DNA of 64,000 bases from Pirellulales bacterium (lineage in GTDB: Bacteria; Planctomycetota; Planctomycetia; Pirellulales; UBA1268). Position 1 is the stretch's first letter, and each line of letters begins with the position of its first letter. The stretch is taken from NCBI GenBank assembly GCA_018401745.1, contig JAGYJY010000008.1, positions 31,699 through 95,698 on the forward strand, given 5' to 3'. The position numbers and the translations under genes are program-made. The notes under the pieces were generated by a model. That model made no database searches, was not told the origin of the DNA, and saw nothing but the letters and a program-made list of their open reading frames with translations. Of this stretch, positions 9,550 through 18,825 are shown in pieces.

Positions 9550-10251
9550 CGTTCGCCTCAGCCTCAGCGGCCCGGCCGACGCCAGCGCGAGCAGCGTGGC
9601 AGGCCAGCAGTCTGGCCCCGTCACTGCAAAGGCCAGCATGCGGCGGAAGTCGTCGCGATCGACCTCCAGCACCCCAAACTGGGCGAGATGGTCTGTGGCA
9701 ACCTGAACGTCAAAGAGCATGCAGCCCGACGCATGCAACGCCTGCACGAGACGAACAAGGGCCACTTTGGAGGCATCCCTCTCCAGGGAAAACATCGACT
9801 CGCCAGCAAACATTCCGCCCAGGCAGACGCCGTAGAGGCCTCCCACCAGCCACCCCTCCCGCCAGACCTCCACGCTGTGCGCGACGCCGCGGTGGTGCAG
9901 GTGCAAATACGCATCACAGATCTGAGGCGTGATCCAGGTGGCTTCCTGTCGGTCGCCAACCGTGGCGCAGGCCTCCATCACTTTTTCAAAGCAGCTGTCG
10001 GCGGTGACCACAAACCGCCCGCTGGCGAGCGTGCGAGCAAGCCGCCGGGGGATGTGCAGGCTCGCTGGCAGCAGGATGGCCCGCGGGTCGGGCGACCACC
10101 AGAGGAGTCCCTGGGGGCTCTCGTCAACAGGCCAGGGGAAAACGCCCCGGCGGTAGGCCTCGCTGAGCCGATCGGGCGTGAGCGGCCCGCCAACGGCCAC
10201 GAGCCCGTCTGGGGCCCATCGCGACGGCGGGGGAAAACTGTTCGATGGCAT
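9271..10251 (-). CDS. aat: Leucyl/phenylalanyl-tRNA--protein transferase, with an unusually long 3' tail as sequenced
   Basis: GLVAVGG, AYRRGVFPW, WWSPDPR, GESMFS, DASKVAL, FDVQ motifs. ATG at 10251. The conserved domain ends near RRMLAFAV, but the frame stays open for about 110 more codons into cinA. Confidence 0.8.
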   Translation of the reverse strand: MPSNSFPPPSRWAPDGLVAVGGPLTPDRLSEAYRRGVFPWPVDESPQGLLWWSPDPRAILLPASLHIPRRLARTLASGRFVVTADSCFEKVMEACATVGDRQEATWITPQICDAYLHLHHRGVAHSVEVWREGWLVGGLYGVCLGGMFAGESMFSLERDASKVALVRLVQALHASGCMLFDVQVATDHLAQFGVLEVDRDDFRRMLAFAVTGPDCWPATLLALASAGPLRLRRTSVDRRQPGGQSPEQVERCFGRSRVPQRSSATQQMVMPAGVVGSDDRHRQPLAALGIAPHVSHSHRGGGLQLAAAGFGHLHNIDPGITGAEQA

Positions 10252-10556
10252 CACACGAACCCGCGGTGCGGACTTCAAAACCTCGTTCCGAGTTCTGTTC
10301 CTTTCTCCCACTGTACGACGTTGACATCGCGTCGTGCCCACCGTTCGCCGGGCAGAGCAGAGGTGCCATTTGCTTTTGACGCGATTTCGCCTATGTTTTG
10401 CCGTGTCGGTTGTTGACGAAGCTCCTTGACGCATGGCTGGCGTACGCTCTGCCTCTTCTTTTTGCTCGCCTTCACCCTCTGGCGAGCTGCCATCTCTGGC
10501 TCTTTCGATGTGGCCCCGAAAGTGAATCGGGCCATCCTCAATGGAAATGGTGTTTC

Positions 10557-10865
10557 ATGGGTAAGAAACTTTATGTCGGGAATCTTGCATACAGCGTGAC
10601 GAGCGAATCGCTTGAGCAGATGTTTCTCGAGTTTGGTAGCGTGGTGAGCGCACAGGTGATTCAGGACCGCGATACCGGCCGCAGCAAGGGTTTCGGCTTT
10701 GTCGAAATGCAGTCTGAAGACGCAGCGCAGCAGGCGATCAGCGGCATGCACGAGCGCGAGGTTGATGGCCGGTCGCTGACCGTCAACGAAGCAAAGCCCC
10801 GCGAAGGTGGTGGCGGTGGTGGTGGTGGTGGACGCGGAGGGTTCGGTGGCGGACGTCGCTATTAG
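10557..10865 (+). CDS. RRM-type RNA-binding protein with a Gly-rich tail
   Basis: RNP2 KLYVGNL and RNP1 KGFGFVEM motifs; C-terminal GGGGGGGGGRGGFGGGRRY. ATG at 10557. Confidence 0.85.
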   Translation: MGKKLYVGNLAYSVTSESLEQMFLEFGSVVSAQVIQDRDTGRSKGFGFVEMQSEDAAQQAISGMHEREVDGRSLTVNEAKPREGGGGGGGGGRGGFGGGRRY

Positions 10866-10887
10866 GAACACCCAGCGGCCTGCCCCG

Positions 10888-12417
10888 ATGCCTCAGGCTG
10901 TCGTGCCCCGGGAGGATCCAGTGAGTTCCCCTGCTGTCAGCGGATCGTTTGCGTCGCTTGGCCTTTCGCCAGCGGTGCTCAAAGCGGTCGACCGCATGGG
11001 ATTTACGGACATGTCGCCGATTCAGGCGGCATCGATCCCGCTGATCCTCGCCGGGCACGACGTCGTCGGCCAGTCCGAGACCGGCTCGGGGAAGACCGCC
11101 GCTTTCTGCATCCCGGCGATCGAGCAGGTCAACTCGGCCGAACGCTCGACCCAGGTACTTGTGCTCGCGCCCACACGCGAACTCGCTACGCAGATCACCG
11201 ATGAGGTTGGCAAGCTGACCGCCTTCGACAAGACGCTGCGGTCGGTAGCAATCTACGGTGGAGCCAGCTACGAGCGGCAGTTTGCCGAACTCAAGCGGGG
11301 TGCGCACGTGGTCGTGGGCACACCCGGGCGGCTGATGGACCATCTGGCCCGTGGCACGCTCGACCTCTCGTCGGTCAGAATCCTGATCCTCGACGAGGCC
11401 GACAGGATGCTCGACATGGGCTTCCGGGAAGATGTGGAGACGCTGCTCGCCGCCGCACCGGAAGGACGCCAGACGGTCTTTTTCTCGGCGACGATTTCGC
11501 CTCCTGTGAAGGCGCTCGTGCGGCAGCATTCCCGCGAACCGCAGACGGTGACGATCGCCAAAAAGGTGGCCACCGGACCTGCTCTGGTTGAGCAGGTTTG
11601 CTACGAGGTCCGCCACCATCAGAAGCTGGCCGCTCTGTCGCGGCTGATCGAGTTTCACGACGTTCGCAGCGGCATCATCTTCTGCAACACGCAGCGGATG
11701 GTGGAAGAACTCGCAGACTCCCTGACGGCCCGAGGCTGCTCCACCGAACCGCTCCACGGCGGCATGGCCCAGGCCCAGCGGACTCGCGTGATGGACAACT
11801 TCAAGAAGGCCGCCTTCCGCTTTCTTGTAGCGACCGACGTGGCCGGGCGGGGCATCGACGTCACAGACCTGGAGCTGGTGGTCAACTACGACCTACCCTT
11901 CGATGCCGAAGACTACGTCCATCGCATTGGCCGAACAGGGCGTGCAGGCCGCGGCGGCAGGGCAGTGACGCTCGTCTCCGGCGGAGGCATCCACAAGCTG
12001 CGAGCGATTGAGCGGTTTACCAAGACGACCATCCGCCGTGAGCAGATTCCAACCGCCGATGCTGTAGCAGCGCGGCGGGATGATGCCCTCCTGGCTCGCC
12101 TCCGCGAGACACTCGCTGCCGGCCCGTTCCCGGCCAAGTCCCGGCTTGCGGAGCGGCTTGTTGCCGAGGGACATCCACCGGCGGAAGTCGCTGCGGCGAT
12201 CCTGCAGCACTTCGCCCCCGCACCGGCAGCTGACACGGTCGACGAGTTCAGCGGGCGGCCCCAGGGTCGCAGCCACGGTCGCCCACCGCAGCGTCCGAGC
12301 CGCTTTCCCTCAGCTCACGGGGCGGGGCACCGCTCAGGCGGCCGAGGAGGCCCGGCCGTCGGCAAGCCGCGGAAGAAGGGCCAGGCCTATCACAAAAAGT
12401 CCCGCGGGACGCGATAA
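10888..12417 (+). CDS. DEAD-box ATP-dependent RNA helicase with a basic C-terminal tail
   Basis: Q-motif (FTDMSPIQ), Walker A SETGSGKTAAF, DEADRMLDMGF, SAT, ATDVAGRGIDV, HRIGRTGRAG. ATG at 10888, 22 nt after the RRM gene. Confidence 0.9.
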   Translation: MPQAVVPREDPVSSPAVSGSFASLGLSPAVLKAVDRMGFTDMSPIQAASIPLILAGHDVVGQSETGSGKTAAFCIPAIEQVNSAERSTQVLVLAPTRELATQITDEVGKLTAFDKTLRSVAIYGGASYERQFAELKRGAHVVVGTPGRLMDHLARGTLDLSSVRILILDEADRMLDMGFREDVETLLAAAPEGRQTVFFSATISPPVKALVRQHSREPQTVTIAKKVATGPALVEQVCYEVRHHQKLAALSRLIEFHDVRSGIIFCNTQRMVEELADSLTARGCSTEPLHGGMAQAQRTRVMDNFKKAAFRFLVATDVAGRGIDVTDLELVVNYDLPFDAEDYVHRIGRTGRAGRGGRAVTLVSGGGIHKLRAIERFTKTTIRREQIPTADAVAARRDDALLARLRETLAAGPFPAKSRLAERLVAEGHPPAEVAAAILQHFAPAPAADTVDEFSGRPQGRSHGRPPQRPSRFPSAHGAGHRSGGRGGPAVGKPRKKGQAYHKKSRGTR

Positions 12418-12509
12418 CGGCGGCGCCCCTCTCGGCGAGCGACCATGGTACGCTCAGCACTCAGTGTGGCGTGGCAGCCAGCTGAGAATCGATCGCGAAG
12501 AGAGCGACT

Positions 12510-13637
12510 ATGCCGTCACAGCCCGCCAGCCCATCGCCTTGGCAGCCCACCAGCCGCACTGCCATCCTCGCCGTGGGCCTGGCGATCCTGGTTGCCCTGC
12601 TCGTTTGGCCGTCGTTCGTCGGCCGCATCCAGTATGCCCGCACACGGGCCGAGCTGGCGGCGATTCGCGATGCGGCTGGCCAGGCCGAGCTGGCGGCAGT
12701 GGGCAAACTTTTCACGACGCTCGTGCGGGTCGTGGGGCCGGCGGTGGTGCAGGTGGAAGCCACCCGCCGAATCCGCACGCTCGCCGACGAGATCAACGCC
12801 CTCCGCGGCGTCGATTCGTCGTCGTCCACGGATGAAACGCTTGCTTCCGGGGTGATTGTCGACGCTTCTGGCGTGATCGTGACCAACTACCACGTGGTGG
12901 CCCAGGCAGACGCCATCCGGGTGAATCTGGCCGACGGACGGGAGCTCGATGCCGAGCTCGTGGGCTCGGACGCAGCCAGCGACCTGGCCGTGCTGAGGAT
13001 CGACGCTGACAACCTCGTCGCCGCGGAGTGGGGCGACAGCAGCGGTCTGGAAGTGGGCGAAATGGTCTGGGCGATCGGCAACCCGTTTGGCCTCGACCGC
13101 ACGGTGACCTACGGCATCGTCAGCGGCACTGGTCGTCGCGGTGTGCTGGAGAATCCCTTCCAGGAGTTTCTGCAGACCGACGCCGCGGTCAATCCTGGCA
13201 ACTCGGGCGGCCCGCTCGTCGACGTGCATGGATCGATCGTCGGCATCACCACGGCCATCGTGGGCCGCGATTTTCGTGGCATTGGCTTTGCGATCCCGAG
13301 CGCAACTGCCCGCAAGGTCTCCGCAGAGATTCTCGCCCGCGGGCATGTGGAGCGTGGCTACATCGGGATCGCCCTCCGGGGGCTTCCTCAGGGCCTCGAC
13401 ACGCCAGCCGGTGCGGTCGTGCTTCGGGTTGAGCCCGGCTCGCCAGCAGCACGCTCCGGGCTTGCCGAAGGCGACATCGTTGTGGGCTTCGATGGCCGGC
13501 TCATCGCGGAGCCTGCGGTGCTCGTGCTTCTGCTCACGCGAGCTCCGATCGACACGGTCGTGCAGCTCGACGTGATCCGCGATGGCAGCCCGCTGACGAT
13601 CCCCATCCGTATCGGCAGACGGCCCAGCGACGACTAG
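12510..13637 (+). CDS. HtrA-family serine protease with one PDZ domain
   Basis: N-terminal TM/signal anchor (AILAVGLAILVALLVW); VTNYHVV, DLAVLRI, TDAAVNPGNSGGPLVD; C-terminal PDZ-like region. Confidence 0.85.
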   Translation: MPSQPASPSPWQPTSRTAILAVGLAILVALLVWPSFVGRIQYARTRAELAAIRDAAGQAELAAVGKLFTTLVRVVGPAVVQVEATRRIRTLADEINALRGVDSSSSTDETLASGVIVDASGVIVTNYHVVAQADAIRVNLADGRELDAELVGSDAASDLAVLRIDADNLVAAEWGDSSGLEVGEMVWAIGNPFGLDRTVTYGIVSGTGRRGVLENPFQEFLQTDAAVNPGNSGGPLVDVHGSIVGITTAIVGRDFRGIGFAIPSATARKVSAEILARGHVERGYIGIALRGLPQGLDTPAGAVVLRVEPGSPAARSGLAEGDIVVGFDGRLIAEPAVLVLLLTRAPIDTVVQLDVIRDGSPLTIPIRIGRRPSDD

Positions 13638-13725
13638 CAGACGACGACTCGCAGGCGGTGGAACACGTCTGCTGCCGCAGGATGCGGCGACCGGCGACCC
13701 CCGAAAACCTCGGCTTTGGGGGCGG

Positions 13726-16700
13726 TCAGCTGCTGCCATCGGCGGCGGGCTTGTCGCGCTCGCGCGTGTCTGCTGGAGGCGGGCTCTCCAGCGGCGGCGG
13801 GTCGTCAAGAAACGACGTGAAGTTAAACGACTCGCCGTCGTCAGCGGCCGGCTTGGCAGCCGGCCTGGGCGGAGGAGGAGGCGGGTCGTCGACAGGTGTG
13901 CCCTGCGGCCGAGCCCGCATCGCCTCGGTAACGCCAGCAAGCCACTCTCCTTGCGGAAAAGCGTAGGGCCGGAACTTCTCCAGCGTGCCGGTCTCCTCGT
14001 GGATGAACAGCGCCCGCTGAGGACCAAGCTTGCTGGCAATCGGCGTTTCCACCAGCTGGCTCGAATCACTGCCGCTCATCTGAAACAAGACGCGGAGCTC
14101 GAACTCCTTGAGCGTTCCGCGTTCGAAGGTCCGCATCAGGTTGGTCAGCGAGTCGCACCAGACGATCGTGTGGACGCCCACGGTGGGGCCATCCTTGAGG
14201 ATGTTGATGAAGTGCTGGGCAGGCCCCAGCTTTTGCTCACTCCCGAAGGAGAAGCCGAAGTCGCCCTCGCTCTTGCGGAACTCCCGGAACCGAGCAAGGT
14301 CGCGAACGACCACGAAGATCGAATCGCCATCGAGCACCTGCTCGTCGAGCCGCCGCTGCACTTCCCCAGCAATCCGCTCGATCGCATCGCCAACACCGAG
14401 GCGACCAACACATTCCATGCGGTGCGGCAGCAGATCCGCGAACTGGGCGAGCATCGTCTCTGGATGCTCCTCAGCAATCGCTGGCTCAAACAGCACAAAG
14501 CGGGCCGGCCGGCCGAGGCCACCGCCAGGGAAGGGATCGTGGCCCGCCGCCAGACCCACCATCGCCATCGCCAGCAGGCTCGTCGCCAGATCCTGACGCT
14601 GGCCGACAATCAGCAGGTTGGAGCCACCCTGCCTGCGGAAGGGAGCGGCGGTCGGATCCTTGATCGCGATCGCATCCCCCAGCCAGGCCATGGCCACAGC
14701 GAGTTCCTTGGCATCGAGCAGGCCGCTTTCGGCCGTGCCTTTGCTGAGAAGGTCGCCTAGGAGGCTGTTGCCCGCTGGATCGGCAGCCTGGTTTCCATCG
14801 AACACAATCCGCGATAGCGGCTCGATATCAGGCCGCCTCGCCGCGAGCTGCTGCAACGCTCCCAGGTATTTCTCCCGCCGCTCGTCGCCAAGCCACACCA
14901 CCTGAAACGGATTGTTGCCCTCGACCATGCCGTTGGCGTCGTTGTAGATCGCTTCACCGGGCCGAGTGAGCAGCCGAGCCGCTGAGTTGTCTTCGCTGAG
15001 AATCAGCGAGCTGTCGGCCTCGTTGCACTGCAGAGCGATCCGCACGGCCATCTGGCCCATCGTGCTCCTGGGCAGGCTGTAGGAGCCGCCGAGCGTCTGT
15101 GAGCCGAGCAGCACGTGCATGCCGAAAGCACGCCCCTGCCGCACCAAGCGGTCGAGCACCAGCGAGGCATCCTGAGCGAGCTTGTCGTCTTCAATGAAGA
15201 TCTCCTGAAACTCGTCGATAATCAGCAGGATGCGAGGCATCGGCTCGGGGTGGCCCGAAGCCCGATACCCAGCCAGGTTTTGCACAGCGAGATCGCGAAA
15301 GAGGTCGCCGCGTCGCTTCAGCTCGCTGTCGAGCTGCTGCAGCACCGAGAGGCCAAACTCGCGTTCGCTTTCGATCGCGATCACGCGGGCATGTGGAAGC
15401 TTGTAGTGGTCGTAAACCTTAAACTCCACGCCCTTCTTAAAGTCGATGAGATAGAACTGCACTTCGTCGGGGCTGTAGGTCAACGCGAGGTTGGTAATCA
15501 ACGCATGCATCATCGTTGACTTACCAGAACCTGTCTTGCCGGCAATCAACACATGCTGGCTCGTGCCCTTGCCAAGTTTCATGTGCTGCATCTTCTTTGC
15601 GCCAGCAGGGCCCAGCGGCACATCAATCTGGTCGCCGCTATCCCCAGTCCACCAGTCGCCCTCTTCCGGCGCTACGCGCTCAAACGGCACCTCCACCCGC
15701 TTGGCGGCCTTCGCCAACCGGCCGGCGTTGTGGACAATCTTCGTCATCACGTCGTCGCCAGGCGACTGCTCAACCGCAAGCGGCCAGTTGGAAAACTCAG
15801 GGTCGCTCCAGCGGAAGCGGCCATCCTGCAGATCGAGGACGGTGGCGTATTTGGCCAGCTCGTCGATGCTGAAGTTGGCCGGCAGCTGCTGCTTCGTGTC
15901 GACCGAGATGATCGTGGAAACGCCGCAGCGGGCTCCGGAGGAGGCAATGCTGATCAGGCGGCGGGCGGAGGTTTCGGTGAAGTTGGCCGGGAAGTTGGCC
16001 ACCACGACAAAGCGATACGGCTCCGGCACCTCCGCATCCTGGTTGTAGGTACCGATTGATGCATACTCGTTGCGGAGATACTTCTGAATCACAAGCTCCA
16101 TCTGCTCTGTGATGTCGGCGAGCCGCTGCTCGATCTGCGTGGGCTCAGTCCAGATGCGACTGTTCACCAGCAGCTCGTCGTAGTCAGCCAGATGCATGAA
16201 ACCAGCGAAGTGTTTGCCGAGACCGACTGGATCGATGATCGTAAACCTGGTCTGGCCGGCAGGGATGCCTGTGGCGATTCGCAGCATCATCGCCTGCATC
16301 ATCTCAGACGCCACGTCGGCTTGGCCGGCTGATGTCTTGATCAGAAGCGAGGCTGCATCGGGAAACGGGGTCATCGACGGCTGTTGCCAGGCCGTCGGAC
16401 CGTAGGCGTTGAGCTCCGCATGGGGCGAGACACCGCCCTTGATCTTCTCAAGCGCGACCGCCAGCTGCCCAAACCGGAGGCCCACCGGCGCGTCGGCGGG
16501 GAAGGCCGCATCGTCTGTGGCCAGACGGTCCCAATCGGCAAAGGCCGCCGCGTCGTATTCGGCAGCCTGCCGCACTATTTCCGTGGCCGACTCCCGGGCC
16601 ACCTTCCAGCGGTCCACCATGTCCTGCCAACGGCTCGCCCGCCGGCTCTCGAGTTCGGCCAACCGATGATCCCGCTTGGTCTCGATGGTGGCCATTCGCT

Positions 16701-17145
16701 CGGCCCGCTGCCCTTCGAGCTTTTCAATCGCAGGCGGATAGGTGCCGCCAGCCTGCTCGAGCAGCTCTCTGCGTTTGGCTGCTGCCGACTCCACCGCTGC
16801 CGCCGCTTTGGCCTCCAGCGCGGCGAGTTCGGCATCCCGCTTGGCGGTCAACGTCTCGATGTCTGCCGCGAGCTTCTTCTGCCGCCGTGCAACCTCCTCC
16901 TTGTAGGTCTTTTCCAGCGACGCCTGCTGCTGATCGCGGCGGGCAGCGACAAAGGCAGCCGCTGCCGCCAGCGCCTTGCCTGCACGCTGAAAGTCTCGCT
17001 CCAGCTCGGCGAAGGCCGCCTGCGACGCTTCCTGCAGGAGCTTTGTCCTGCCAAAGACGTTGAGCATCCCAGCACCCGCCTTGGCTGCCGTCAGGCCCGC
17101 CAGGTTCTTCACCGCGTCAACCACCGCCTGATGGAGCTCTTTCAC
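13726..17145 (-). CDS. FtsK/SpoIIIE-family multi-domain ATPase (EssC/EccC-like) with an N-terminal coiled coil and no obvious TM segment
   Basis: One canonical P-loop (LIAGKTGSGKST) with Walker B (ILLIIDEFQ). It is flanked by two degenerate FtsK-like modules (TRFTIIDPVGLGKHF...RFVVVANF; NLLIVGQRQDLAT...IFVVVRDL). Pro-rich acidic C-terminal tail. I place the start at GTG 17145, which overlaps the upstream TGA as GTGA; the first 36 codons from the ORF-track ATG at 17253 are out-of-frame junk. Confidence 0.8.
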   Translation of the reverse strand: MKELHQAVVDAVKNLAGLTAAKAGAGMLNVFGRTKLLQEASQAAFAELERDFQRAGKALAAAAAFVAARRDQQQASLEKTYKEEVARRQKKLAADIETLTAKRDAELAALEAKAAAAVESAAAKRRELLEQAGGTYPPAIEKLEGQRAERMATIETKRDHRLAELESRRASRWQDMVDRWKVARESATEIVRQAAEYDAAAFADWDRLATDDAAFPADAPVGLRFGQLAVALEKIKGGVSPHAELNAYGPTAWQQPSMTPFPDAASLLIKTSAGQADVASEMMQAMMLRIATGIPAGQTRFTIIDPVGLGKHFAGFMHLADYDELLVNSRIWTEPTQIEQRLADITEQMELVIQKYLRNEYASIGTYNQDAEVPEPYRFVVVANFPANFTETSARRLISIASSGARCGVSTIISVDTKQQLPANFSIDELAKYATVLDLQDGRFRWSDPEFSNWPLAVEQSPGDDVMTKIVHNAGRLAKAAKRVEVPFERVAPEEGDWWTGDSGDQIDVPLGPAGAKKMQHMKLGKGTSQHVLIAGKTGSGKSTMMHALITNLALTYSPDEVQFYLIDFKKGVEFKVYDHYKLPHARVIAIESEREFGLSVLQQLDSELKRRGDLFRDLAVQNLAGYRASGHPEPMPRILLIIDEFQEIFIEDDKLAQDASLVLDRLVRQGRAFGMHVLLGSQTLGGSYSLPRSTMGQMAVRIALQCNEADSSLILSEDNSAARLLTRPGEAIYNDANGMVEGNNPFQVVWLGDERREKYLGALQQLAARRPDIEPLSRIVFDGNQAADPAGNSLLGDLLSKGTAESGLLDAKELAVAMAWLGDAIAIKDPTAAPFRRQGGSNLLIVGQRQDLATSLLAMAMVGLAAGHDPFPGGGLGRPARFVLFEPAIAEEHPETMLAQFADLLPHRMECVGRLGVGDAIERIAGEVQRRLDEQVLDGDSIFVVVRDLARFREFRKSEGDFGFSFGSEQKLGPAQHFINILKDGPTVGVHTIVWCDSLTNLMRTFERGTLKEFELRVLFQMSGSDSSQLVETPIASKLGPQRALFIHEETGTLEKFRPYAFPQGEWLAGVTEAMRARPQGTPVDDPPPPPPRPAAKPAADDGESFNFTSFLDDPPPLESPPPADTRERDKPAADGSS

Positions 17146-17774
17146 ATGGGCGAGGATCTCGCCGCCGGAGGGCAGGGAGTTTCCTGCTCGGCTGCAGCTG
17201 GCGGAGCTGACTCGGCTCCATCGATTTTCCGCTCGGCAAGAATCTTCAAACACTTCTCACGGAGTTTGGCAAAGTCCTGCGTGTAGGTCTCGAGGTGCTG
17301 TGAGTCTCGAGCAAAGAGTTTGCCCGGATCGCGTCGCCGCTCCTTGAACGACTCGGCCTCCGTGCTCTCCGCAAAATGCTCGTCTTCCTTCAGCTGCTCT
17401 TTTTTTTGTTCAGCCTGTCGCGTGATCTCGGCAGCCTTCGCATCACGCTGCCGCCCGACCGAGACCTCAGAGTCGCGATACTGCTTTTCAATCCGCTGCT
17501 GCAGTTCCTCAAACTCGCGTTTGGTGCTGGCAATCTTGTCGTCGTAGCGATCGATGGTTTCCTGAATGAGCCGATCCGCCTCCTGCTTCGTCGCCTCACA
17601 GCCGTTCTCGAAGTCGGCCACGATGGTCCGTTCGAGGCTTGCCCGGGTGGCCGCCTCTTCCCGCAGCGACGCGATCACGGCCCGCATCGCGTCGGGCGTG
17701 TAGCTGGAGGCACCAGCCACCTCAGCCAAAGCAGTGGTGGTCGAAGTCGTCGTTTCGTCCATCGAATCGGCCAT
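17142..17774 (-). CDS. Coiled-coil protein of unknown function (type VII-like cluster)
   Basis: 210-aa charged heptad-rich sequence (EFEELQQRIEKQYRD, KKEQLKEDEHFAEST). Same strand as, and stop/start-coupled with, the downstream ATPase. Confidence 0.6.
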   Translation of the reverse strand: MADSMDETTTSTTTALAEVAGASSYTPDAMRAVIASLREEAATRASLERTIVADFENGCEATKQEADRLIQETIDRYDDKIASTKREFEELQQRIEKQYRDSEVSVGRQRDAKAAEITRQAEQKKEQLKEDEHFAESTEAESFKERRRDPGKLFARDSQHLETYTQDFAKLREKCLKILAERKIDGAESAPPAAAEQETPCPPAARSSPM

Positions 17775-17920
17775 CGGCTCTCCTCTGTCGTCGGTCTCGC
17801 GCGTCGCTCGGCACAGTGTGCTGCCTTCGCGGACGATGCTTCTCTCCCGGCTGCTGACTGCAGCCCCGCATTCACCACTGAGCCGGACGTTCCGACGCAG
17901 CAGGGCTCACGGCAGCGGTG

Positions 17921-18157
17921 TCATTCCCCTCCGTATTCACTCACATCACGTGACGCACGGGAGAGCACCTCGGCCAGCCGGCCGAGCGCTTCAAGCGTTT
18001 CTTTGACTTTGGGTGTCAGCGGCTCGATGCAGTCTTTATGAAACTGCTTGGCCGTCTGATCGCGCCAGGTATCTTCGGCTGCCTGCCACTTGATATCGAG
18101 TTGCTTGACGGCCAGCGCGAGCTTCGACGCGCCACTGGCGAGATTGCCCGCCTTCAT
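17921..18157 (-). CDS. Small helical WXG100-like protein (78 aa)
   Basis: Two predicted helices around a central TWRDQTAKQF turn, which aligns with STWRDQEHQKF in the 90-aa paralog. ATG overlaps the upstream stop as ATGA. Confidence 0.6.
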   Translation of the reverse strand: MKAGNLASGASKLALAVKQLDIKWQAAEDTWRDQTAKQFHKDCIEPLTPKVKETLEALGRLAEVLSRASRDVSEYGGE

Positions 18158-18776
18158 GCTTCGCCTCCCGCCGTGTTGGCTTGCTCAGCTGGGGCACCTG
18201 ACGCCCTCTCAGCGGCCTTGGTGTCTTCGTCGAGCGAGCGACGCATGCTGCCCTCGCCGGATGTCTCCCCGGCAGCAGTTCCACCGGAAGGGCCCGACAT
18301 CTCACGGTAGGCCTCGAGGGCCTTGAGCATCCGTTCGACCAGTGCCATCGCCTTGGGCACATCGACATCGAGCACCTCGCGGAAGTGCACGAGCCGCACA
18401 CCCGTCTCGCGAAACTGCTGCTGCACGATCGGCGTCCAATGACGGACGGCCTCCGCCTTTTCCTCGGCCACCTGCAGCCGGCGGCGGGCCTTTTCCAGGT
18501 TCTTTTCTCTTCGGTGCAGGCCGGTGGGCCGTCGCCAGTGCTCTTGAAGGTGCGGCACTTCTCGAGGTCTTTCATCGCCTCGTTGACCTTCTCGCCGCGC
18601 CGCCGCACTTCGGCCTTCCAGTAGCCGGCCTGATCGACGGTGATCCACTCCACGCCGCGGCGGCCCTCCAGCTCGACCTCCGACAAGGCCTGACCGCACT
18701 CATACGCAAAGGTGGCCAGCGCCGCCTTGACGAAAGAAAGCGTGTCGATCGAACGGACTTCGGCCTGGCCTGCCAT
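18154..18776 (-). pseudogene. Helical protein of unknown function (about 208 aa if repaired); frame broken once near an A-run
   Basis: ORF 18036..18776 is protein-like only to ...KSTGDGPPACTEEK. ORF 18154..18699 is protein-like only from NLEKARRRLQVAEEKAEAV onward. Adding one A to the run at plus-strand 18503-18506 joins them. Confidence 0.6.
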
Positions 18777-18825
18777 GGAGGCAATCTCCTGCTGAGTATG
18801 AAGCGGAGCAGCTGCGGCGTTTCAC

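Noticed and set aside
12516-14069. 517-aa minus-strand ORF, plus many similar long ORFs antisense to annotated genes (for example 38248..39075, 40745..42160, 43809..45140, 49684..51180, 27173..29209)
   Set aside because: All are Arg/Gly/His/Pro-rich with no motifs, and each lies opposite a gene with clear family signatures. They are typical shadow ORFs of high-GC DNA.
17146-17253. ATG at 17253 as the start of the FtsK-like ATPase (ORF-track 1175-aa model)
   Set aside because: The first 36 codons (MFEDSCRAENRWSRVSSASCSRAGNSLPSGG...) are the out-of-frame shadow of the upstream coiled-coil gene's 3' end. A GTG overlapping that gene's TGA (GTGA) gives a coupled start at 17145.
18497-18512. Programmed -1 ribosomal frameshift in the T7-like cluster gene
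   Set aside because: The site lacks a canonical X-XXY-YYZ heptamer, and I see no obvious downstream stimulatory structure. Comparable one-base breaks in ileS, greA and other genes make sequencing error the simpler explanation.
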